DNA of 64,000 nt, taken from NCBI GenBank assembly GCA_032128875.1, contig JAVLKG010000008.1:160001-224000 (forward strand). Reading direction: 5' to 3'. The position numbers were made by a program, and so were the translations under genes. The DNA is from Candidatus Melainabacteria bacterium 17Bon1m. GTDB lineage: Bacteria; Cyanobacteriota; Vampirovibrionia; Obscuribacterales; Obscuribacteraceae. Below are positions 51,244 through 61,766 of the stretch, piece by piece. The number at the start of each line of letters is the position of its first letter. Within the stretch, counting starts at the first letter, position 1. The notes under the pieces were generated by a model, which worked only from the letters and a program-made list of their open reading frames with translations, was not told where the DNA came from and searched no databases.

Positions 51244-53874
51244 ATGACCAAGCGAAACGTCACGAAAGCGGAAGTTACCCCGCTTTACGCCGGTCTTCCT
51301 GAGAAGTATCGGCTGGCTCGTGAGAGATTTGGACGCCCGCTTACGCTGGCTGAGAAGATTCTCTCCGCTCACCTTGACCGCTGGAACGAGGGCGAACAGC
51401 ACCCGGTCCGCGGCAAATCGCAGGTTTTCCTACGTCCCGATCGAATCGCCTTGCAAGATGCAACAGCGCAAATGGCGCTCTTGCAGTTCATGCAGGCGGA
51501 CCTCGACAAGGTCTATGTGCCGACTACCGTGCACTGCGACCACCTCATCCAGGCTCGCGTTGGTGCCAAGCTCGACTTGCTCAATGCGCTGGATTCCAAC
51601 TCGGAAGTCTACGATTTCCTCAAGTCTGCCAGTACCAAATACGGTATCGGCTTCTGGAAGCCCGGCTCGGGTATCATCCACCAGGTGGTGCTGGAAAACT
51701 ACGCGCACCCGGGCTGTCTGATGATCGGCACCGACTCGCACACTCCCAATGCGGGCGGGCTCAACATGCTGGCTATCGGCGTTGGCGGTGCTGACGCGAC
51801 ATTCACGATGGCTGGCGAACCCTGGGGTTTGCGGTGGCCGAAACTGATCGGTGTGAAACTGACCGGCAAGTTGAACGGCTGGGCCGCGCCCAAGGACATC
51901 ATTCTCAAGCTCGCCGGCATCCTCACCGTCGACGGCGGCACCGGTGCCATCGTCGAATATTTCGGCTCAGGCTGCAGTTCTATCAGCGCCACGGGCAAAG
52001 CGACCATCACCAACATGGGCGCCGAGCTGGGTGCAACGACCTCCGTCTTCCCGCTCGACGACCACATCCTCGACTATCTGCGCCTGACCGGTCGTGGTGA
52101 AATCGCGGAGCTGGCTTCGCAGTCGAAGCAGTATTTGACTGCGGATGCTGAAGTCGAAGCGGAGCCGGAGAAGTACTTCGACCAGGTGATCGAGATCGAT
52201 CTCGACACTCTGGAACCGCACATTGTCGGTCCTCACACGCCCGACTTGGCGCGCCCGCTCTCGGCGTTCAAAGCCGAAGTCGCCGCCAAGGGTTACCCTG
52301 CCAATCTGCGCTACGCGCTCATCGGCAGCTGTACGAACTCAAGCTACGAGGACATGAGCCGCGCTGCATCCGTCGCACGACAGGCTGCGGAAAAGGGCTT
52401 GAAAGCGCCGGTCGGCTTCATGGTGACGCCGGGTTCGGAGCAGGTGCATCAGACCATCAATCGCGATGGACAGATGGCCGACCTCCAGTCCGTGGGCGCC
52501 AACGTGCTCGCGAATGCCTGCGGTCCGTGCATCGGACAGTGGCGTCGCGACGACATCAAGGAAGGCGAGCGCAACTCGATCATCACTTCCTTCAACCGCA
52601 ACTTCCCACGTCGCAATGACGGCAACGCGGAAACACTGGCTTTCATCGCCAGTCCGGAGATCGTCACGGCATTCGCGCTGGCCGGCACTCTCGACTTCAA
52701 CCCGCTTGAAGACGAGCTCACCGCCGCCGACGGCAGCAAATTCAAACTGGCACCGCCACCGCAAGCGGGGCTGCCGGTGAAGGGTTTCAGCCAGCTGAGC
52801 GACTCCGAGCTTGGTTACGTCGATGCTGCCGAAGGGCGCAAAGACGGAGCTGTTCCCACCATCGCCATCGGCGAGAAAAGTGAGCGGCTGCAGGTGCTGT
52901 CTCCCTTCCCGCGCTGGAATGGCGAAAATACTTTCGACGCACTGCCGGTTTTGCTGAAGGCAAACGGCAAATGCACCACGGACCACATCTCCCCGGCGGG
53001 ACCGTGGCTGAAGTACCGTGGTCACCTCGATCGTATCTCGGACAACATGTTCCTCGGCGCCAACAACGTGTTTACGGACAAACCAGGCACCGGCAAGGAC
53101 GTCAACACGGCAGCGATTGGGAAACTGTCGGACATCGCGCGCGAGTACAAGAAGCAGGGTCTGGGCTGGGTTGTGGTCGGCGACCAGAACTACGGCGAAG
53201 GTTCCAGCCGCGAACATGCCGCCATGTCGCCGCGCTTCCTCGGCTGCAAGGTCGTGATCGCTCGCAGTTTTGCGCGCATTCACGAAACCAACCTGAAGCA
53301 GCAGGGCATACTGCCACTCACCTTCTCCGACCCTGCGCATTACGACCTCATCCGCAGAGCGGATGACCGTATCTCTGTGCATGGGCTGAAGGACCTGGCA
53401 GTGGGCAAGCCCGTCAAGGTCTTCATCATTCACTCGGATGAAGTGACGGACGAAATCACCGCCAATCACACGCTCACCGAAGAGCAGATTGCCGTCTTCA
53501 AGGCGGGCTCGGCTCTCAATCACGTCGGCGATCGACGCAAGGCGGAAGCCGCGAAAGCCGACAAGCCTGCTGGCGCGGGCGCGAAACGCAACCCGAATTG
53601 CAAGTGCAAGCGTTGCGCTTGCGGCGACAAGAAAGGCAAGGCGGGCGAAACCGGCGCGAAGGGTGGCATGTGCGGCGACAAAACTCCGGCCGAGAAGCCG
53701 CGCGGCGATGCCAACGGTGACACCACAAATGGTGCTGTTCCTCCTGGAGGCAATGGCAACACTGGCATCACCAACAACGGCAAGTTCGGCAATCCGGACG
53801 CAAACCGTCCGGCGCCGGCTCGCGAGGAATCGCTACTGTCCCGCTTCTGGCGCTGGCTGACCAGCTGGTTCTAG
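51244..53874 (+). CDS. acnA: Aconitate hydratase, mitochondrial-like type, with about 110-aa C-terminal extension
   Basis: [72 protein letters not shown]. Confidence 0.93.
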   Translation: MTKRNVTKAEVTPLYAGLPEKYRLARERFGRPLTLAEKILSAHLDRWNEGEQHPVRGKSQVFLRPDRIALQDATAQMALLQFMQADLDKVYVPTTVHCDHLIQARVGAKLDLLNALDSNSEVYDFLKSASTKYGIGFWKPGSGIIHQVVLENYAHPGCLMIGTDSHTPNAGGLNMLAIGVGGADATFTMAGEPWGLRWPKLIGVKLTGKLNGWAAPKDIILKLAGILTVDGGTGAIVEYFGSGCSSISATGKATITNMGAELGATTSVFPLDDHILDYLRLTGRGEIAELASQSKQYLTADAEVEAEPEKYFDQVIEIDLDTLEPHIVGPHTPDLARPLSAFKAEVAAKGYPANLRYALIGSCTNSSYEDMSRAASVARQAAEKGLKAPVGFMVTPGSEQVHQTINRDGQMADLQSVGANVLANACGPCIGQWRRDDIKEGERNSIITSFNRNFPRRNDGNAETLAFIASPEIVTAFALAGTLDFNPLEDELTAADGSKFKLAPPPQAGLPVKGFSQLSDSELGYVDAAEGRKDGAVPTIAIGEKSERLQVLSPFPRWNGENTFDALPVLLKANGKCTTDHISPAGPWLKYRGHLDRISDNMFLGANNVFTDKPGTGKDVNTAAIGKLSDIAREYKKQGLGWVVVGDQNYGEGSSREHAAMSPRFLGCKVVIARSFARIHETNLKQQGILPLTFSDPAHYDLIRRADDRISVHGLKDLAVGKPVKVFIIHSDEVTDEITANHTLTEEQIAVFKAGSALNHVGDRRKAEAAKADKPAGAGAKRNPNCKCKRCACGDKKGKAGETGAKGGMCGDKTPAEKPRGDANGDTTNGAVPPGGNGNTGITNNGKFGNPDANRPAPAREESLLSRFWRWLTSWF

Positions 53875-53883
53875 CCATCATTT

Positions 53884-53937
53884 GTAGGGGAGCCGCATGC
53901 GGCTCCCTGTTCAGGGCTGCGCATGCGCAGCCCCTAC
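53884..53937. repeat. GTAG-type REP doublet
   Basis: GTAGGGGAGCCGCATGCGGCTCCC-TGTTCA-GGGCTGCGCATGCGCAGCCCCTAC. Confidence 0.85.
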
Positions 53938-54098
53938 GCCGTGATGGGCAAATTTCTTGCAGGATTTTCTTCCGAAACGGGCGATGCATCGCGTCGTCCA
54001 AGGCTTTCCGAACGGAGCGGCAAAAGTGTCGTTCCACTAGTTCGACTTTGAACAGGGTGATGCACCGCATTGCACTTTCAAAGCAACGGAGAAATCCC

Positions 54099-55160
54099 AT
54101 GACTAAAGTTTCAATTATCGGTGGCGCCGGTAACGTTGGTGCCACTGTCGCTCAGTATCTGGCGACAAAGAATCTCTGCGACGTCGTGATGCTGGACATC
54201 AACGAAGGCGCAGCCAAAGGCAAAGCTCTCGACCTGACGCAGGCAGTCGCTCTCACGGGCGGCAGCGCCAAGATCAAGGGCACGTCCGACTACAAGGACA
54301 CTGCCAATTCGCAGGTGATCGTCATCACCGCCGGCAGCCCGCGCAAGCCCGGCATGTCGCGCGACGACCTGCTCAAGATCAACGCGAGCATCGTCGCCAA
54401 CGCCGCGCGCGAATCGCACCGCTACTCTCCTAACGCCATCTTCGTCGTCGTGTCCAATCCTCTGGACGTGATGACTTATCTGGTCTGGAAGGAGACCGGC
54501 GTCTCGACGAGCCGCGTCATCGGCATGGCCGGCGTTCTGGACAGCGCACGTTTCCAGTCGTTCATCGCCGACGAGCTGAAGGTTTCCCCCGAAGACGTTC
54601 GCGCGATGGTTCTGGGCGGGCACGGCGACCTCATGGTTCCGCTGCCTCGTTTCAGCACTGTCAACGGCGTTCCCGTCACTGAGCTCATCAGTGCCAAGCG
54701 TCTCGAAGCGATGAGCAAGCGCACCGCCAACGGTGGCGCCGAAATCGTCGAGCTGCTCAAGACAGGCAGCGCCTGGTACGCACCCGGCGCCGCAACCGCG
54801 CAGATGGTCGAAGCGATCATCACCGGCGGACGCAAGCTGTACCCTTGCTCGGTGCATACCGGCGAGAAGTATGGTTTGCCGGCAATCTTCACGGGTCTGC
54901 CCGTGATTCTCGGCAAGCGCGGCGTCGAGCGCGTGGTCAAGCTCAAGCTCAACAAGGCTGAGGTTGACGCGCTCAAGGCTTCGGCTGCTTCCATCGAGGC
55001 CAACGTGAAGCGGCTCAACGAGCTGCAGGCCGAGGCGGCGAAAGCTGCTGCGCCTGCTGCCGTTTCCCCCTCTGCCGCTACGCCCGTTACTGCCACCACT
55101 TCCGAGGCGCCCGCCCCGGAGGTTTCCACGAAAGCCGCGGACACAACGGCAAAGTCCTAA
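54099..55160 (+). CDS. mdh: Malate dehydrogenase (LDH-like MDH) with Ala/Pro/Thr-rich tail
   Basis: GAGNVG, GKALD, TAG.PRKPGMSRDDL, NPLD, GMAGVLDSARF, LGGHGD, GGAEIV. Confidence 0.95.
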   Translation: MTKVSIIGGAGNVGATVAQYLATKNLCDVVMLDINEGAAKGKALDLTQAVALTGGSAKIKGTSDYKDTANSQVIVITAGSPRKPGMSRDDLLKINASIVANAARESHRYSPNAIFVVVSNPLDVMTYLVWKETGVSTSRVIGMAGVLDSARFQSFIADELKVSPEDVRAMVLGGHGDLMVPLPRFSTVNGVPVTELISAKRLEAMSKRTANGGAEIVELLKTGSAWYAPGAATAQMVEAIITGGRKLYPCSVHTGEKYGLPAIFTGLPVILGKRGVERVVKLKLNKAEVDALKASAASIEANVKRLNELQAEAAKAAAPAAVSPSAATPVTATTSEAPAPEVSTKAADTTAKS

Positions 55161-55238
55161 CGGCTTCAGATGCGAACGCTTGCAGGGAGCGCAATTCCGC
55201 TTCCTGCAGGCGCGCACTGCGACGCAGGAGAAAATGAT

Positions 55239-57041
55239 ATGGAGCGACTAAAACTGATCATTCGGACGGGATGGCGATTTGCCGGTGGTTACCGCCTCGC
55301 CATACTGGGCTACACCGTCCTCTTCATGATCGCTCAAGCGACAGCCCTTGCAGAGCCCTATCTTCTCGGGCTCATGCTCAACGCCGTGCAAAACGACCTC
55401 ACCCAGGGTGCGGCCGGCAACCAACAGTTGCTGCACGATGTCATCTATTACACGAGTTTGTTCGTCGGACTGAAAGTGATCTTCTGGTCCATTCACGGTC
55501 CAACACGACTGCTCGAGCGTTATGTGGCGTTTCGAATTACGTACGCCTACAAAGCGCATATGTTCCAAACAGTCACCAACCTGCCCTTGAAGTGGCAGCG
55601 CGAGCACCACTCGGGCGAAAGCATCGACAAGATCAACAGAGCCTACAACGCTCTGTCAGACTTCTTCCAGGGCACCTTCGATATCACCTACATGGTGTGT
55701 CGTCTGGTCGGCACGCTGGTCATTCTGTATTACTTCATGCCGATGGCGATGTTGACAGTTGCCATCACTTCGGTTGCCGCGATGTACATCATTGTTCGCT
55801 TCGATCGAACGCTCTCGAAGCAGTATGACGAGCTGAACAAGAAGCAAAACTACATCGCAGAAGCCATTCACGATTACGTGACGAATATCGTCACGGTGAT
55901 CACGCTTCGCCTCGAGAAGAAAACTCTCGAGGAAGTGAAGCGCCGCATGCTCATTCCGCTGCCGCTCTACAAATACAACAACGCTCTCAACGAGTGGAAG
56001 TGGGGTGTCACGGCGGTGATGATCGCAGTCATGACTGGCGCGGTGCTCAGCTACTACACGTACAGCACCATCGCTGTCGGTGGCGCTATCATGGCGGGCA
56101 CGCTGTTCACGCTGTTCGACTACCTGAGGCGAATTGGCGATTCGTTCTACAACTTCGCCTCGCAGTACGGTCGCATCGTGCGCATTGCAGCTGACGTTCA
56201 CGCGGCGGATCTCATCCTCACCGACATGGACAACACGCCCAAGCCGCCTGCTGATGCGAAACTGCCCGAAGCCTGGAGGCAAGTTTCGGTGCAGAATCTC
56301 AGCTTCTCCTACCAGGACAAAACCGACCGCCGAGTCAATCTCAACAACGTCGGAATCGAACTGGTGAAGGGCAAGGCAATTGCCATCGTCGGACAGTCGG
56401 GCAGCGGCAAGAGCACTCTATTGCGCTTGTTGCGCGGACTGGACAATTCCGATCAGGTGCGCGTCCTGGCTGATGGCGTTGTGCAGAAGCATCGCCTGCA
56501 TCATCTCTCCGAGTGCACCACGCTGATGCCGCAAGATCCGGAAATCTTTGCCGATACAATCCGATTCAACATCGGCTTCGGCATGGAGAAGTCGGACGAC
56601 GAGATCATGGAAGCTGTTCGCAATGCTCGCTTCGAATCGGTGTTGGCGCGACTCCCCAAGGGTCTCGACACCAACATCGCAGAGAAGGGCATTAATCTGA
56701 GCGGCGGCGAAAAGCAGCGGCTCGCCCTTGCGCGCGGCTTCTTCTTCGCGCGAGGCAGCGACATTCTCTTGCTCGACGAGCCGACCAGCAGCGTGGACAC
56801 CGCCAACGAGCGCGTGATCTACAACAACCTGCTCGGCAATTTCCGCAAGGATCGCTGCGTGGTCTCGACCATCCACAAGCTACACTTGCTTGAGATGTTC
56901 GACGTCGTCTACGTTCTGGACAACGGCAATCTCGTGGAGATGGGCTCGTTTACCGACCTCATCGCTGCGGACGGCAAGCTCGCAGAGCTCTGGAGAAACT
57001 ATCAAGCAGCCTCGGCTTCGAGCGGAGAGATTCCGTCATAA
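55239..57041 (+). CDS. ABC exporter, fused TMD plus NBD
   Basis: TM domain, GQSGSGKS, LSGGEKQR, LLDEPTS, H-loop. Confidence 0.92.
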   Translation: MERLKLIIRTGWRFAGGYRLAILGYTVLFMIAQATALAEPYLLGLMLNAVQNDLTQGAAGNQQLLHDVIYYTSLFVGLKVIFWSIHGPTRLLERYVAFRITYAYKAHMFQTVTNLPLKWQREHHSGESIDKINRAYNALSDFFQGTFDITYMVCRLVGTLVILYYFMPMAMLTVAITSVAAMYIIVRFDRTLSKQYDELNKKQNYIAEAIHDYVTNIVTVITLRLEKKTLEEVKRRMLIPLPLYKYNNALNEWKWGVTAVMIAVMTGAVLSYYTYSTIAVGGAIMAGTLFTLFDYLRRIGDSFYNFASQYGRIVRIAADVHAADLILTDMDNTPKPPADAKLPEAWRQVSVQNLSFSYQDKTDRRVNLNNVGIELVKGKAIAIVGQSGSGKSTLLRLLRGLDNSDQVRVLADGVVQKHRLHHLSECTTLMPQDPEIFADTIRFNIGFGMEKSDDEIMEAVRNARFESVLARLPKGLDTNIAEKGINLSGGEKQRLALARGFFFARGSDILLLDEPTSSVDTANERVIYNNLLGNFRKDRCVVSTIHKLHLLEMFDVVYVLDNGNLVEMGSFTDLIAADGKLAELWRNYQAASASSGEIPS

Positions 57042-57105
57042 CGAGACGGTTCAAGACTCTCGAGAAGTCTCAAGAAGGGCTTCTGATTGAGTTCTGAAAC
57101 TTCAT

Positions 57106-57157
57106 GGCGGGCGTCCCGATTCAAGGTTTTCCTTGGTCGGGGTGCCCGTCTTTTTTT
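57106..57157 (+). terminator. Rho-independent terminator of the acn-mdh-ABC operon
   Basis: GGCGGGCGTCCCGATTCAAGG-TTTT-CCTTGGTCGGGGTGCCCGTC followed by T7. Confidence 0.85.
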
Positions 57158-57610
57158 GAGCCAGATGTTACTAGGCGTTATCGTACCTCCGAGAACCCCA
57201 AAAGCTCGCCCCACGTTAACACTCGCTAAGCTCGCGCAAATGCCACAGGTTCTACTTTTCAAGCTCACCGGCAACATTAGAGGGTATGAAACCCGCGCAC
57301 AAGGTTAAGCAACTTTCATATCCGCGCGAATGGTTTATTGCCGATCCGCGTGGGAGATCCCCCCTCATGATCGGTGTTTCTATTTACTTTTCGCTCGAAT
57401 TTCATGACTCCCTATACCTAAGCTGAACGTACATGTTCTCTTGAATTTCAATTCTTCCAAAACCAACCACAGTCCATCATTCCTCCTTCAATCTGTGCTC
57501 ACATCTGGGACGTAAAGTCTTGGGTTCGCGCACTCTTTGGTGGATGAGCGATTCTGTAGCGGTTGTTGGAGAGAGAGCGTGCTGTTTCCAATCAACTGTG
57601 GAGAGATGCA

Positions 57611-59425
57611 ATGGAAAAGATTTCGATCAATCTCGTGGGTGGCGTTGCCGGCGATGCGGACTACGGTCTGCGTCTCTACAACGTCGGCAACGGCTTCGTC
57701 GGTTTCACCGGCAAGGTCGTCAGCCGCACTCACGATTCGATGTATCTCGGCTTCAGCTCGGAGCGCGCGTATACGGTCGCCGTCGAAGGTGACCTCGTCC
57801 TGTCGACCGAGACCAACGATTCCTTCGTCGACAAGACGGATGGCGTCTATGGTTTCGACATCGACTGGAGCGATGCGGCGAAGAACTTCGGCAACGGCAC
57901 CGGCAAGATCATCGTGACCAACCCCGACTCCCCGAGCGACGTTTCGGTCGTCGAGGTATTCATGGGTGACACGCCGTCGGCTGTCGTCGAGTTCAAGCCG
58001 AACACGGGCAACAACGGCACGGTCGTCATCCGCGAGGAGCTGGACGTCTCGGCCGTCGATCCCGTGATGAAGAAACTGCTCAAGGCGACCGACTTCAGCG
58101 ACCCGTACGGACTCGGCATCGAGTGCGTCGCGGCGCTGCTGCCGGTGCTCGAGTTCGACTATGGGCGTCTCTTCGACGTCACCATCAACCGGACGGAGAA
58201 ATCCATGACCAATCCCAAGGACAACGAAGGTGAAGGCATCATCGACGTTCTCATCGTCGACGGACCGACCATGCCCCTGGAGACGCTGAAGACCTTGCTC
58301 GACAGCGGCGTGCAGGTCTTCGTCGTCGGCGACAGCAACATGCCCGCCGGCGATGCGACGCGCATTGCGGATGAAAACGCCTTCTTCGCTGGCGTCGGCT
58401 TGGGTGAACGGATCGACCATCCGTTCTGGGGACGTGACGGCATCGCGCCGGTGCTCGTCTCCGGGCTGTCGGACCTCGACGTGCTCGCACACGAAGTCCA
58501 CCGCCCCTCGGATGTCCTGGGCTTCGAGCGCATCGAGCACGCCGTTCTGCCCATCGGACCGATGGCTCACGACTTCGACCTCCCCTTCGGAGGTCACGCC
58601 GGAGCTGTTCGTGAGCCGTTCATGGACATCATCAGCATGCTGCCGGCACGCGCCTTCTGCGCACACAACCACGCGGGTGACTGCGCGCTCGTGGATGCGA
58701 TGCTCGAAGGATTCGGCGTCAAGCTGGGTCTGGAAGAGCTGCCGGAAGGTCTCGAGCGCGCCACGCTCAAAGACCTGATGGACAGCTACGGTGACGACGG
58801 TGTCAAGGTCGGTGGCGACAAGCGCGACTTCGGTCAGCTCGCTGGCACCCGGCAGAACGACATCAACAGCATCGCGCGGGCGGTCGCTGCGGCGGACGCT
58901 CTCGGCATCGACACGAGCGACATCGCGTCCAAGCGCGACGAGCTTCTGGCGAAGCTGGCTGTGTTTTCCGATCGCTTCGAGGTCGGCGGCACGCACGAGG
59001 TGACGACGGACGAAGCCGCCGTCATCAACACGGTGTTCGGCGAACTGTTCGGCATCCATCAGGAGCTGGACTCGTGCGTCTCGCACTGGCACCACTACAA
59101 GCAGCAGATCGAAGAGTCGCACAATCGCTGGTCGGCGGGTCTTGCCTCGCGCAAGCGCTCGTATCGCCTGGCGGACGACGCGCAGGACAACCGCATCGCG
59201 ACGAGCTACGTCGACTATGCGGCCGCGCCGGAGGAAACCCTGGAGGCGAGCAAGACCGCGATGGTCGAGCTCTTTCAGGCGATCCAGCGGCGCGACCTGC
59301 GTGAGGCGAGCTTTACGGCCACCAAGGCGCGGCAGTTCAGCACGCGCGAGCACATGCTCGCCTCGCTGATTCGCCGCAACGTGCTGGTGCCCGTCGAGGA
59401 ATCAGGGGTCTCCGCGGCTGCCTGA
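57611..59425 (+). CDS. Acidic multidomain hypothetical protein (beta-rich N domain, alpha/beta middle, helical C-terminus)
   Basis: GGAG RBS, strong C/G3 bias; N-terminal ~145 aa paralogous to the next gene. Confidence 0.8.
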   Translation: MEKISINLVGGVAGDADYGLRLYNVGNGFVGFTGKVVSRTHDSMYLGFSSERAYTVAVEGDLVLSTETNDSFVDKTDGVYGFDIDWSDAAKNFGNGTGKIIVTNPDSPSDVSVVEVFMGDTPSAVVEFKPNTGNNGTVVIREELDVSAVDPVMKKLLKATDFSDPYGLGIECVAALLPVLEFDYGRLFDVTINRTEKSMTNPKDNEGEGIIDVLIVDGPTMPLETLKTLLDSGVQVFVVGDSNMPAGDATRIADENAFFAGVGLGERIDHPFWGRDGIAPVLVSGLSDLDVLAHEVHRPSDVLGFERIEHAVLPIGPMAHDFDLPFGGHAGAVREPFMDIISMLPARAFCAHNHAGDCALVDAMLEGFGVKLGLEELPEGLERATLKDLMDSYGDDGVKVGGDKRDFGQLAGTRQNDINSIARAVAAADALGIDTSDIASKRDELLAKLAVFSDRFEVGGTHEVTTDEAAVINTVFGELFGIHQELDSCVSHWHHYKQQIEESHNRWSAGLASRKRSYRLADDAQDNRIATSYVDYAAAPEETLEASKTAMVELFQAIQRRDLREASFTATKARQFSTREHMLASLIRRNVLVPVEESGVSAAA

Positions 59426-59572
59426 CGGCGAGCAGGACATTCGTGCCCTGTTCGAAAAGGAGGTGACTGTGGTTTTGGCCACCGTCACCTCCTTCTAAAC
59501 GCAAAGCTCCGCTTTGCGCAGCGGTGTGGAAATCCTTCTGCACTGCAACTTCTGATGATATGGAGAGGAACT

Positions 59573-60220
59573 ATGATCGACAAACTCGGAATCAATCTCG
59601 TCGGCGACATCGAGCACTCGACCCGCCTGTACAACCGCGGTGAAGGCTTCCGCGCCATGACCGGCAGCATCGCCTGCACGCCCGGCGACTGCATGTACCT
59701 CGGCTTCATCGCCGATCGCGCCTACACCGTCGCGGTGGAAGGCGACCTCGTTCTCTCGACCGAAACGGCCGATTCGCGTCCCGACCAGATGGCGGGCGTG
59801 TACGGCTTCGACGTCGACTGGAGCGAAAACGCGAAGCAGCGCGGCTGCGGCGCCGGCAAGATCACCATCACCAATCCGAACGCGCCGGGCGAAGTCTCGG
59901 TGTTCACGGTGCGGATGGCGGCGACGCAGTCGGTGGTCGTGAAGTTCGCCAAGGACACGGGCACCAACGTGCGCGTTGTTCTGGGCGCCGACTCCGACCT
60001 CAGCAAGGTGGAGCGCGAGATCGGGCTGCTGCTGCGCGGTCCCGACGTTCAGCCCGGCGAAGTGCGCGTCAACGCCACGGCCGAGCCGATGGACCGCACA
60101 TCCGTGCGGCGTGCGATGGAGCGCGGTTCGTCGCGTCCCTCGGGCTTCATCCCGCAGGACGTGAGCGACCACTGGAGCGGTGCCGACGTCAGCCAGCTGC
60201 GCCGGAACATCCTCTCCTGA
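59573..60220 (+). CDS. Hypothetical protein, paralog of the N-terminal domain of 57611..59425
   Basis: GAGGA RBS; shared RAYTVAVEGDLVLSTET, GVYGFD.DWS. Confidence 0.8.
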   Translation: MIDKLGINLVGDIEHSTRLYNRGEGFRAMTGSIACTPGDCMYLGFIADRAYTVAVEGDLVLSTETADSRPDQMAGVYGFDVDWSENAKQRGCGAGKITITNPNAPGEVSVFTVRMAATQSVVVKFAKDTGTNVRVVLGADSDLSKVEREIGLLLRGPDVQPGEVRVNATAEPMDRTSVRRAMERGSSRPSGFIPQDVSDHWSGADVSQLRRNILS

Positions 60221-60381
60221 GGAGCCTGCAGACGCGGATGAGCATGTTGATTTGAACAATCGACATCCGCATGGGAGGCGGCAGAAGCTTCGGCGCTGCC
60301 GTCTCCCACCAGTGCGTCGGAAGGAGCTCACCTTCTGACTGAGTGCATAGATATCTGCAACACAAACCGAAGAGGCTAGAA

Positions 60382-60828
60382 ATGCACAAGACCCTGAAAG
60401 ACTTCCTCGCCGCCGTCCTCGTCGACGAGACGGACAAGCTCGCCCAGCGCGCGCTGAAAATCCACTTCGCCTGCATCGGCGCCAGCGGTCTCATCGCCAA
60501 CGCGCACGAGCGCGGCGACGGCGAGGCCTACACGGAAGTCTGCAAGGCGCACTACGAAGCGTCGCTCGCCTTCCTCGCCGTCAACACGGCGAAGGACTAC
60601 GACTTCGCCGCCGAGGTCGTCGAGCAGTTCGCCGTCGACGCGGTCGAAACCGACCAGCCGGCCGCGGTCGCTGCGTTCTTCGTCGGCAAGGCGGAGAACA
60701 CCATCGACACCTACGCCAAGCGCTGCGCGCCGGTCGCCCGCATCCGCGGCTGCAACAGCGTTCGCATCCTCCGCGGCGAGCACGCTCGCCACGCGATGCG
60801 CGGTGTGGTCGTCGCCAACGCGGCCTAA
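60382..60828 (+). CDS. Hypothetical Ala-rich helical protein
   Basis: GAGG RBS, strong codon bias. Confidence 0.75.
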   Translation: MHKTLKDFLAAVLVDETDKLAQRALKIHFACIGASGLIANAHERGDGEAYTEVCKAHYEASLAFLAVNTAKDYDFAAEVVEQFAVDAVETDQPAAVAAFFVGKAENTIDTYAKRCAPVARIRGCNSVRILRGEHARHAMRGVVVANAA

Positions 60829-61146
60829 GCAGTGAGCAACGGCGGCAGCGAAGCGGTCACCAAATACGGTGCCCTCCAGCTGTCGCCGCAGCTTGTCTCC
60901 GAGTTGCATGCACGAAGGACTCCACCGTTCTAGTCGAGGCACGCTCTCGGGCGCGCTTTCGCTGGTGCGGTGTCGAACGAGATGCAATGCCAATACTTGC
61001 CTAGGCAACGCAGCTTGCTCTTCACGCACTCTGAGCAGGTTCCACTCTGCTCAAGAACCGGCATCACTAGTCCGGATGCCAAAATGCAACATGCGGCCGC
61101 TGAATCTCCCGTGCGGAGTTCATGCTGCATAACATCGGAGCATTCG
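60829..61146 (+). ncRNA. Candidate highly structured intergenic RNA
   Basis: At least 6 stems with G-U pairs in + orientation; no family recognised. Confidence 0.3.
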
Positions 61147-61599
61147 ATGACCTCATCGAATCACGCATTTACTCTCGACCGCGCCGTCATCGCCCAAGCC
61201 ATCCTGGCCGGCGAAGATAAGCGCAAAGACCGCATCGAGCAAGAAGCTCACGATCGCGAAATGGAGCTTCGGCGCCAGATTGCGGAAGCGCCTCGCCGCG
61301 CTGCCGAAATCTTGAGCGGGCTGCCCGACGCGATTGCGCATGTGGTCGGCGTCGCTGACGAAACTCCGCAGTCGTTCGTGGTCATGTGGGTCCAACCGCA
61401 TGAATACGAAGGCAACGTGGAGCGCGACTTGGGTTTGGGCTTCCGCGGTCCCCACCAGGGTCTGCCGGAATCACTGAAGTTGGCAGCGCGTCAGGTCTAT
61501 GACGCTCTGGACAATTTGCAGCCCGAACTCATCTACAAGTCGAAGGGCGAACCGCTGTCCGGCAAGGGTCAGCTGGCCATCGTCATTCGACTCAGCTAA
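61147..61599 (+). CDS. Hypothetical protein
   Basis: GGAG RBS, coiled N-terminal half. Confidence 0.7.
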   Translation: MTSSNHAFTLDRAVIAQAILAGEDKRKDRIEQEAHDREMELRRQIAEAPRRAAEILSGLPDAIAHVVGVADETPQSFVVMWVQPHEYEGNVERDLGLGFRGPHQGLPESLKLAARQVYDALDNLQPELIYKSKGEPLSGKGQLAIVIRLS

Positions 61600-61766
61600 G
61601 CATTACTCAGAATCTGAGTTAACCGCTTAGTCGACAGTCGAGGAACTCTCGACGTGTTAAGGAATCGCGCGCTCAGCTCCTTGGAGTGCGCGATTCCAGC
61701 AAAGGCTGTATCTGTACAACTGAGTTGTTACAGAACAGGGCAATTCAAACATGACAAGGTGCCTCC

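Noticed and set aside
53721..53734. CACCACAAATGGTG palindrome resembling the recurrent motif
   Set aside because: Lies in coding sequence and the core differs; probably chance
57488..59353. 621-aa antisense ORF, and similar ones at 52339-53523, 54111-55217, 61728-62867, 33440-34465, 23362-24279
   Set aside because: Shadow ORFs caused by C/G3 codon bias of the real genes on the opposite strand; no motifs or RBS
59552..59585. CTGATGA hammerhead-like core
   Set aside because: No stem II followed by GAAA in the required arrangement
59426..61766. Integron attC cassette array
   Set aside because: Spacers lack consistent RYYYAAC/GTTRRRY ends, are multi-hairpin, and no integrase is present
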